A stretch of DNA of 64,000 bases from Octopus sinensis (taxonomy: Eukaryota): positions 65,100,001-65,164,000 of the forward strand of contig NC_042997.1 in NCBI RefSeq assembly GCF_006345805.1, in the 5' to 3' direction. Under the pieces are notes generated by a model. That model saw only the letters and a list, made by a program, of their open reading frames with translations, had not been told where the DNA came from and did no database searches. Below, one piece after another: positions 53,560-64,000 of the stretch (its first letter is position 1; each line of letters begins with the position of its first letter). Both the position numbers and the translations under genes were made by a program.

Positions 53560-54830
53560 TTTATCAACCTTTGGAAACCCCCTCTCTCAATACATAAAAG
53601 AGAATTGGAAATGATTACTGGACGATTGTTTTATACTCTGGAATGAAAACACAGATAAACACCTAAAATTCAAAAACCTATTGAACAGCATCAACCCAAA
53701 TATACAGTTCACAATGGAATACAACCAAAAGGAGGTTCCATTCTTAGATATACTAATTTTAAAAAATAACCTTAAAATAGAAACATACATTTTTTACAAA
53801 GCCACAGACGCCAAACAATACCTACTTTTTGATTCATGCCACCCAAGACACACTAAAACAAACATCCCTTTCAACCTTGCAAGAAGGATATGCACAATAG
53901 TGTCAGAACAAAATACCAGGAACTTTAGACTACAAGAACTCAAAAACACTCTAATTGACAGACACTACCCAGCTCAACTCATAGAGGATGGGATCAGACG
54001 TGCAACAGAAATCGACATAGAAACTTTGAGAAAAGTTCAACACAACAACACACCTTCCCCGAAAATACTGCCTTACATGTCCACATACAACCCCAGAAAC
54101 AAAAAAGCCTTCACCATCATCACCCAGAATTTACCAATACTTCATAAGGAGCCCAAATTAAAGGAAATTCTAAACATACATAAAATCATTAAAAGCTACA
54201 AACAACCTAAATCACTTAAAAAGATTCTCACAAAGGCAAAATTGCTTTCTGAAATTACGGATGCAAAAGTAAAAAAATGTGGTAGACCAAACTGTGCAAC
54301 ATGCCCAAACCTTCTAGAAGGATCAGAATTCCTCTTCAAAGAGAGGCAAAAATTCAAGATCATATCTAATTTTACTTGTGCGTCTGAAAACATAATTTAT
54401 GTCATAAGATGCTCGGGCTGCCACCAAAACTACGTGGGGTCCACGGGACTATCACTCAGACGTAGATGCACACTGCATCGACAACAGATTGCATTCCCAG
54501 AATACAGAATGATACCCTTTAGTGAGCATATTGAGAAATACGCAAAGCAACTACTACCACAATTTTTAATCTTTCCATTTTATCAATGTGCTATTGGAAC
54601 ACCAACACAAATATAAGCCCAAACTTAACGACTCTAACATCCTTATACAGAGAAACTCACCCCATTAAGTAAAAAAGGCCAGAAATATAAAGCGATTATC
54701 TTCCTTACACCGGAAGAAATCACTTATTACCTCCTCTTACCTGGAACTCTTCTTTACACTTAATAACGAAATCATAACACGAGGTTTTGAGAAATTTGAA
54801 AAGTTAAAACGAAACCGGTAATTTCTTCAA
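53560..54830 (+). mobile_element. 5'-truncated Penelope-like element (RT thumb plus GIY-YIG endonuclease)
   Basis: LLDDCFILW upstream of ORF 53681-54616: NSINPNIQFTME, VPFLDI, YLLFDSCHPRH, CGRPNCATC, NIIYVIRCSGC..YVGSTG..LRRRCTLH. Confidence 0.9.
54791..54827 (+). ncRNA. Decayed minimal hammerhead in the Penelope 3' region
   Basis: GAAAT-[TTGAAAA]-GT(TAAA)AC-GAAAC-CG-GTA-ATTTC: all three stems and the GUA site are intact, but the core differs from CTGAAGA by two transitions. Confidence 0.55.
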
Positions 54831-54986
54831 AAACTATGTCACTGTATGAAAAAAATTTATAACATTCTTCTGACATAATGACTCAAATATATATTTTTTA
54901 ACCTTTTAAAACAAGCCTTCTGTAGTTGTTTCACTTTTTACTATTTTCTATATATTCAACCACGTGCTTTCACACACCAACTTTCT

Positions 54987-55030
<44 letters not shown>

Positions 55031-55040
55031 CACATGTATA

Positions 55041-55080
<40 letters not shown>

Positions 55081-57342
55081 ACATGAAATGTAAAAGCCGG
55101 ACTGGATTATTTTATGCGCAACTCCATTGTCTCCAGAGGTAAAAAAAGGATGCCAACAACAACAACAATATGTATATGTGTATATATATATGTATATATA
55201 TATACACACACACATATATATATATATGTGTGCGTGTGTTTGTGTGTGTATGTATGTATGTAATGCGAGATAATAGTCACACTTTTAATAGTTTCACTAT
55301 TCGTAGTGGAAAGTATGAAAAGTGAAACTATCATCTCACCTTACATTAGATATGTTATTGTTTCACTTTTAACTCGTAATACTGAAACAGTCTAACATGT
55401 TGCTGCGGGCTCGCATAAGGCAGGGTGTTGGAAATTGTTTCGGCCCTTCACACTCCATGGACTCTACGTAGTGCATCATGTGTAAAATTGGAATGAAATC
55501 GTTTGGGTAGTTCTCGCGTATTAGTGACACACAGATACACACACACACACTTTAAACCGAACATAGCCGCATTATAAGCAATGACAGAATCGTATGTCCG
55601 AAGATAAACCGGAAATAATTAGTACTATCACGTCCACAAAAATAACAACCTCGTCTTTAAGAGCATGTATCTTTGAAAAGGTTAAACGAAAGCGTTCACT
55701 CAGAGAATGTATCCACCTGTCGGAAAAATAACTTAAGATGAAATAAGATATCATTTCCAGTGCAACTTCCTGACACCCAAGAGGCCGAAATACAACTAAA
55801 CTATAAACAAAACGGGGAAAACATCAGAGACGAGATATACGAGTCAGTGAGGAATGCGCAAGAAGTAAAAGCAATTTATGAAATGGCGAGAAACGCGTAA
55901 ATGACACCTGTATCTGTTTCGCTATAGAAGAAATATATAACAATATATCAGTGGATGCACCTGAATCCCTAGAACAAGATAAAACAAATGAACATGAGAT
56001 ATCAAAGGAATAGTGTATAATTATACTTGAGAGAGTTATAACCCTATCGTCTTGGAAATATATTTATTGCGTATCAAAGTACTAAATACACTAAGAAAGA
56101 AATTAAGGAAAAAAAAACGTCATTCAATGGTCTGTTGATTTAGTGTTCTTGATATTTAATGATGTTAATATACAAGAAAAGAAAAATTGTTAGCGGTAAA
56201 CAAATATATGAAACCTTATGGAATAAATATCAACATTGAAAGAATGATATTAAAAAGAAAATAGTAAAATATATTTATTGACGAATTGTGCGAAAATAAA
56301 AACTTCATACTTTCACTTGAATCAATTGTTAGATATTCTTATATTATGATTGTGTTCATGAATAGAAATAAAGCTTCTGAGAATTAAAAAGAAATAATCG
56401 GTTTAAAGTGTCGGTTGTAACATTATTTTTTTTCTATTGTGTATTCTCATTTATGTTTAGTGACAGAATAAACATGGACATACACAGACACACACAAACA
56501 CACACATACATTAATACGCAGATAAGCAAACATGCACACTAATAGACAGTGTCATACAGAAATATACATATTTGTGTGTGTGTGTGAGGGTTTGTGTGCG
56601 TGTGTGTTTGTGTGTGAGAGAGAGGTGTTTGTCTATGCGTGTATCTATGTATATATATATGTGTGTGTAGACAGAGAGAAAAAAATCACACCCACGCACA
56701 CATACGGACACACACACACACACACACATACACATACTCACAGGCATGCACGCACAAAAACGCACAAACACATGATATATAAAATCCAAAAACAAGAAAG
56801 AGCATTCGATGAAATGCTCAATCTAATGTAAGAGCAGAGCTACAAAATTTATTTATAGTATGTGTCCATCTACGTTTTATACATTGCTTTAGCTTAGATG
56901 TAAATCCACGGAAAAGACCATCGTCGAAATTTTAAAATTTATGATCCCTAAACGGATTCATTGAATTTATAATTCTCTTCGAAATAACAAAGTATGCACA
57001 AAAGTATGTATATATCTCGCTCGTGTGAGATCGCACCGATGTGGATAACGCCTACATAAGCAATTGAAATTTCATTCCGGATGCACAGTTTGAATGCAAT
57101 GTGTGTCAAAAAACCTGCAAGTCACGAGGAGTATTGAAGAGGCACTTGATCATTCATAATAAACAAATGGAAAGTAGGACCATGATATATAAATATATTT
57201 ACATATATGTATGTATGTAGTTATGTATGTATACACGTCCATACGTTCATGGATAGATACATGGGTAGACATTCATAACTACACACACACACACACATAC
57301 TTACATATATATATAAATATGTATATATATATATATTTTTTA

Positions 57343-57668
57343 AGACCCCCTTCGGTCATGAATGACCATGGGATTGCACCTAGAAAGTTACCCTCCTAGA
57401 CACAAGTCCGGGCAAGGTTGTTTATGGAAGGCCAGCAGTCGCCCATGCATACCAGCCTCCCCTCTCCACGGCACCAGTGTTATCCAAGGGAAAGACAAAG
57501 GTCGATACAGCTTGGCACCTGTGACGTCGCAACTCATTTCTACAGCTGAGTGAACTGGAGCAACGTGAAATAAAGTGTTTTGCTCAAGAACACAACACGC
57601 AGCCCGATCCGGGATTCGAGCTCACAACCTCACGATCGTAAGCTCGACGCTCTAACCACTGAGCCATG

Positions 57669-57670
<2 letters not shown>
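57343..57670 (-). mobile_element. tRNA-derived SINE, family C variant 2
   Basis: Near-identical to 37405-37735. Confidence 0.88.
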
Positions 57671-57711
<41 letters not shown>

Positions 57712-58509
57712 TTCAAATTTTAATTCTTTATAATCAAATAAGAAGAAATATACTATACTAGCTTTCAATTTAACATTCATAGATGACTAAAAAATTTCAC
57801 TGCAAACTTGAAATTGCAATTTTTTTCTAAATTTAATCTACCTTTAAAATTAATAAGGCTTTCCCGCAGTTAAAAAATACTATGTCTACTCGTAATAATA
57901 AGTGATAGGTTTTTTCCCCTTTTTTCCTCTAAATTACACTCTCTGTGAATGGGATTTGGATCATTTGACATTGACCTAGTTTCTCTCACATAATAGCAGT
58001 AATTGGCATTTATTAGTGGCAAATGCTGTCTTCAACATGAATTCCTTTTACGGAGTTCTGAAATCTCCTTTACCCCATTTCTACAATTAAAAAAATCTTC
58101 ATTGCTTCTAACCTTACAGCAGTTAGGAACAGCCATATCTTATTCAATCAGTGGAAGGACTTCACTACCTCATATGTTGGTAAAATTTAAATCCACATCT
58201 TTGTCTGTATATCTACCTTCTCTGTAATGTTGTCACTTGATTTGAAAATTTTTGTATTAATGGAATACCTCTATAATTGACTGATGAGTACTCAGCATCT
58301 TAAATCTGTTGTAATACTTACAACATTTAATAAAATGATGTAGTACGAAGCGATCGTACCAAATTACCGGAGTCATTCTTGTTGCTTATTTTGATTATAT
58401 ATATATATATATTTATTATATAGAAGGAGCTTAAATAAATTAATTTTACTCTGCTATGTATTGAGTACCTTATTTACTGTGGTTAACCCCGGATCAACCC
58501 GGGACCTAC

Positions 58510-58541
<32 letters not shown>

Positions 58542-58553
58542 TATATATATAAA

Positions 58554-59108
58554 CAGGGTCAGGCAAAATGATCTGACACATTTGTAGGTTAAATAAAAGG
58601 CAAATGAAGTAAAGAAACAAAAAAGTATTTTTATTTTTGAAAAGTACATATAATGTCATTTTGTTTCATTATGTTTTAAAAATTAAATCAGTTAAATGGG
58701 ATCCATTATTGTCCACACACTGTCGAAGGCGTTCACGAAAGTTGTCAATAACTCGGCGGGTCATTTCAAGTGGAATGGCAGTAATTTCTTGACGAATTGC
58801 ATCTTTAAGTTCTGGCGGTGCGAGGTCGGCCGGTTGATTTTCGTTTCAATGCAGATCCAGTAGCTCTGGAGTTGGTAACCTATAACAAGATCGTGTTTCG
58901 AGCTGGTACGGGATCATGTCTACCAAGATTGAAGTGCAAACGGAACGCTCTTTGTGTTGCATTTACAGAATCGTTTGTTTTGATAAACGTTTCCACAATG
59001 AAGGCGCGATGCTCACCAGTCCAATTCATGGTAGCAACTGAAAAAGAAACGAAAAACAATGCCTTTTATTTAACCTACAAATGTGTCAGATCATTTTGCC
59101 TGACCCTG
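58554..59108 (-). mobile_element. Tc1/mariner (DD37D-like) internal-deletion derivative (MITE-like)
   Basis: Perfect 49-bp TIRs CAGGGTCAGGCAAAATGATCTGACACATTTGTAGGTTAAATAAAAGGCA. The minus strand keeps the transposase N-terminus (MNWTGEHRAFIVETF..GRPRTART) fused to its C-terminus (LKDAIRQEI..RERLRQCVDNNGSHL). Confidence 0.9.
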
Positions 59109-59122
59109 TATATATATATATA

Positions 59123-59137
<15 letters not shown>

Positions 59138-59218
<81 letters not shown>

Positions 59219-59220
59219 GT
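59138..59220. repeat. (TG)n microsatellite
   Basis: Direct reading. Confidence 0.97.
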
Positions 59221-59334
59221 ATATACGTATATGTATATCACTTAAAGTCAGGATTTAAATGTGAGCTGTCTTAAGTTATATGCTCCGATACTTCTGTAAT
59301 CGAAGGAACTAATACAACGCACCGTGTACTATTC

Positions 59335-59550
59335 TGGGATAATGTAGACTGAAAATGAGCACGGTTGCTCCTTGAGAAAAAGCTAGAAAGAATGTGTCAG
59401 AATAAAGGTAAACCAAAGAAAAAACACATGACAAGAACAAGATGGATAGTAAGAGGATAAGACTGGGAATCAACAATCGTTGGTGAGGATTACGTAGACC
59501 GGGAGATGTTAATATTTGCAAGACCATGAGCCCCATCTTGAGACGGTGAT
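59335..59550 (+). mobile_element. Possible RTE LINE 3' remnant
   Basis: Weak ARLLLEK..GKPKK..TRW motif. Confidence 0.3.
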
Positions 59551-60192
59551 GTTCTCCAGTTCGATAGTAGAAAAGATTCGAGATGCCTGTATTTTATGAA
59601 AAATTTAGATCTTAAGTTCAGTAGGTAGTGGAGTTTTTGCATTTAAAAGTATAGATCTTTGAATAATACAATGCCTGCTCTTCTTTGACTCATTAACGTG
59701 TGGGATTAATCGTTAAGTGATGCTCCACTAAGTTATTGATATGCTAGCAGTTTTAGTTTTTATCTACTTGCAGGAAAGAAGGTTAGCCGTTGGCATATCT
59801 TTTTTAACAATCACATTCATATAATACAATATACTTTTCTCTTCCATTCTATTATTTAGTAGTAATGAGATGACCTCGGATTCACCTACAACAGAGCTAA
59901 CCATGTATTTTACAGTGGAGAAATATCTAGGCTTCTGTTGTTGCATGTCTGTGTGAGTGCTTAATGTAACTTACGCCTAATAATATTTCTTATGCTGGGG
60001 TAGAAGCTCTGAGAATCTTTCACGGAAGGCCTACGAAAATTTTCTTACTCGGGTAATGCTAATGGATCAACGCTATGAATTCTCAACTTATGGGTTTAAC
60101 ATTCAACTTGACAATAGGAGCAAATTATACAATCTTCCAAGGTCGATTTTTAGGCTTCGTTCTTAGGGCTGGGCTGGAAATCTGGAAATCAT

Positions 60193-60263
<71 letters not shown>

Positions 60264-61589
60264 GGTCTATAAAAACAAGTGTATTGAAATAATTATCATA
60301 ATAGCCATAATATCTATCTTTCGTGAAAATTTCAAGTGAATGGAATAAATATTTCGTATGTTATGAGGAAATAAGTAAATCTTCAAAACTGCAACGGTTA
60401 TTATTATTATTATTATTATCATCATCATCATCATCATCGTTATCATCAGTATCATCGTTAGCAGCAGCAGCAGTATCACGCAACAATCTCGTACCTGCAA
60501 TATTGCTGTTTTTTTTCACCAGAAAAACATGAACCGAGCTGGATTTAAACCACTGTATAAATTAGGTCGTTGCTATATATCCATAAAAGGAATATACAGA
60601 AATAATTTTCTTGTCATATGTACAATATGCATTTGCAGTGCTATTTCTGTATTTGTCTATTGTTATAAACGATTCAAAAGCGCTGCTTCACTTCGGAAAT
60701 AGAACTTTCATCAAATTGTAAGATGTTAAAATGTCTAACACCAAGTGGATTATTTTGACAAACATACGCCATTCAACTCTGCGCTTAGAATTGCAAATGA
60801 AATTATGGTAGAAATCAACCAATAATGCTGTCTTGTTTATATACTATTGTCAATTCGCTCCAAATTCTTGATTTGCATGTGTTTATTATTTTTATGCAAA
60901 TATATATTTTATAAATTTGTTATAGGTTTGATCTGGAGGAATGAGCTGTAAAAAATTTGGGGGACGCAATTGAAAGAGTGCTTAATCAAAATAGCTTTCT
61001 GTGTATTACACTACATATATATACACCGCAGTAAGGCATGCTACTTAATTCTTTGCTTGCGAGAAAATCTCTCCATAAACGTATGTTAGAAGCACGATAT
61101 ACATTAAAGCGAAATGAACATCGTCGCAGCAGTGATGTGTTCCGTCCTTCTGAGAGAAATTTAATAGCGCACTCCCATTTGTAACAAGTTTAAGCGAAAT
61201 TTGTGCCTCGACAGATGAGAAAAGTGAATAATATAATCAACGATATTGAGGAACTCTTGCCGGGCTGAAGGTGGACTTTGCTCTCAAAATTTGATCACTA
61301 TCCAAGATGAGTAAGAAGATTGACGTGATTAATATTCTTCTTTTATAGCTACAACTCAACGATTACAGTACGTATTTATGCTTGAAGATTATTCCAAGAG
61401 AGAGACTCTCTGAAGAACTAAAGTGGGCGTTTCGTGGTGGCTTTCTTTGCACAGTATATGGGAGGTAGCCAAGAAACTTGAGACGGACAGGCTTTAGTGA
61501 TGGATAAACAGGATTTTATCATGATTCATAGAAGGAAAACGATTGAGCGTGGAGACTGAGAGCGTGTTTGTAAACGGAGACTTGAGTGT

Positions 61590-61900
61590 GTCGGCCTCAC
61601 AGCACCCATGACTTTCGGAAGCATTTATTCACGCTCAGAGTTGCTGAAGCATGGAACAGACTGCCGGCATCAGCTGTTAGTTGTCGGAGCACTGCATCCT
61701 TCAAAACTTCCAGGCTTCCTGAGATTCACCAACACTACACCTGATCCCCCCACTCCATACACACGCAAGCATGTATCTGACTCATACATTGTTCACTTTC
61801 CAGACATTTGTACATTACTGCATATACTTTATATGCACTTTTGACAAGTTGTGGTGCACCTGAGCACTGTATACAATAATTTCATTATTGTTATTATTAT
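61590..61900 (+). mobile_element. CR1/L2-group LINE 3' end
   Basis: HSTHDFRKHLFTLRVAEAWNRLPASAVSCRSTASFK followed by a 3' UTR and an (ATT)n tail. Confidence 0.75.
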
Positions 61901-63039
61901 ATACCAATATGTCGTATGATTTTTTTTAAGGTAATCTTGGGTTACTGCAAAGGCATTTCAGACACCGGACCAGCACTACATTGTGTTACTAATACATTCT
62001 AAAGAGTACTTTAATACAAATAAATTTGGAAGAGTATTTTCTAGGCCTCAAATGAAAGTTCAAGTTTTGATATGCAGCCTTTTCTAAGTCGAAGAGTTGC
62101 ATTCGACTGTAGAAATCTTCAAAAATTGTGAGATCTATGCTTTCTAAAGGTCGTGGGAGAGTCACCTTTATAATGTTCATATCTTGGTGTGTTGGATACA
62201 CCATTTCGTGAAATAAGTAGTAATTGTATGTAGGTGAAAAATCAGCAATGCAGCGATGTTGTTCCTAGTTATGTTTATTGATAATTGACACATTTTTCTT
62301 CAAGTGGCTGTATATATAAATCCAGTGATCAGCACTCCTGTTTGTTTCATGGTTAATGAATGAAAGATTCTTTGGATATGGCACCAGCCAATCATTTATA
62401 AAATATCGAGAACATGCTACAGATTCTAAAATTTCTTTTATAAAGTGATGCTTTCTGTCTGGTTAAACAAGAAAATATTTCCAGCTGATATATACTCTCA
62501 AGCGGTGAATCTGACAAAGCGCTTACTCAAACATTTTAGCTGTGCTGTTTCACATAGTTACAGCGTATACAACAGCTGTCAACATACGTGCTTCCTACAA
62601 CTTCAGAATGTCTCCGACACAGAGTTATGAATAATTAACGCTACCATAGTGTTAGCCATACACTAACGTTCTGGCGTAGAAGAAACCAATATTTAGATAA
62701 TTTTTATAACTTATAATACAAAGATAGCTAAACGAATCTTTCTTATATATTATATACTTTTCATTCTTTTCAATGATGAATTGTGATTCACTAAAAAATA
62801 TCGCAAAATTTTGTATTATTTCAGGAATATTTGCATTAACTTAATTAATTTTTTTTATTCAATTATACAGCTTATTGGTATTGAAAATAATTAGAAAACT
62901 ATCTTAATCTCACGTTACACAAATTTCTTAGCTGAAGAAGGTGCATAACAGTACCTATTCAAAAACTATAATTATGTTTTATTCATTGATTTGTCACAGT
63001 TTTGTAATTCTGAAGTTGACGAATTTTTATGATTCTATA

Positions 63040-64000
63040 AAGCTATTTTACAATTTTCAGCGACATTGTGTGTGTGTTTGTGTGTGTGTCTGTTTGTGGG
63101 AATGTATATAAACATACATGTATATATGAATATGTATACGTATATGTGTGTGTGTGGGTATACCTATATATACGTTCATAGATATATGTATGCATATAAA
63201 TATGCATACATACAGATATGTAAATATATTGATAGATAGATATATACATACATGCATATAGTTACATATATACATACATGCATATAGTTACATATATACA
63301 TACATGAATATACATATATTCATTCATACATAGATGCATATATATACACGAATACATATATGCATACCTACATACACACACATACATGGATAGATACATA
63401 CGTACATACGTAAATACATAGACATACATACATGCGATACATATATATTTATCAAGTGTTACAAAATTATTACATGAATACTTCAGGTGTGTTGATTTAT
63501 TCACTCTATCACTGCCTTTGGACATGAAGCCAATATATTGATAGCATCATATGTTTAGCTCTTTCTGAGGTATTGAAAGCTTGCAAAATGCTGGAGGGAA
63601 AAGCTTTACAGGAGATAGATTCTCGTAAACAATCACAGACGCATATATACACAAACCACCCACTTATGTACATAATTAGACACCTATATTTGCATATACA
63701 TACATAAATACATATATACTAACACATATACACACATACACACACACGCACATATATATATATATTTATATATACATGTGTGTATGTGTCTATATACATG
63801 TATGTGTACGCTTATACGCATGAATGTTTACACACTTATGCATACATATGTATATAGGTATGTCTGTATATATGTGTATGTATATGTTTATGTTTTAATT
63901 ATATATATATATATACCTATATATATATGTATATATGTATACATATATACACGCATATACACACATAAATATATGAATATATATGTGTATATATATATAT
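63040..64000. repeat. Degenerate TA/CA/TACA low-complexity field
   Basis: Direct reading. Confidence 0.85.

Noticed and set aside
61989-62204. Protein-like 71-aa ORF containing FDLEKA
   Set aside because: A single short motif with no other RT motifs nearby; consistent with chance
62935-62975. CTGAAGA-AGGT..ACCT motif
   Set aside because: No GAAA after stem II and no stems I or III

Overview
AT-rich, microsatellite-dense animal genomic DNA. The three tRNA-derived SINE families and the LINE content suggest a coleoid cephalopod such as Octopus (inference from recalled repeat families, not a database hit). I found no intact host protein-coding gene, rRNA, true tRNA gene or CRISPR array. Most short ORFs in the track are microsatellite artefacts. 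The window is a graveyard of mobile elements: a hATm-like transposase fossil, a hAT element with TIRs and an 8-bp TSD, several Tc1/mariner copies and deletion derivatives, an RTE LINE with a 5' inversion, three R4/Dong LINEs serially inserted in (AAT)n plus other RLE-LINE fragments, a Penelope RT/GIY-YIG element, a HINE/Helentron-like element and many SINEs. One decayed host-gene fragment (LYPLAL1-like) is present. The most notable unexplained structures are: (1) a 442-bp, 99.3%-identical inverted repeat whose arms each carry a minimal type I hammerhead ribozyme; (2) a further stand-alone hammerhead and a decayed one; (3) a twin-priming-type inversion in an RTE element; (4) an unclassified repeat with asymmetric inverted repeats and a terminal hairpin, present as a long and a collapsed copy.
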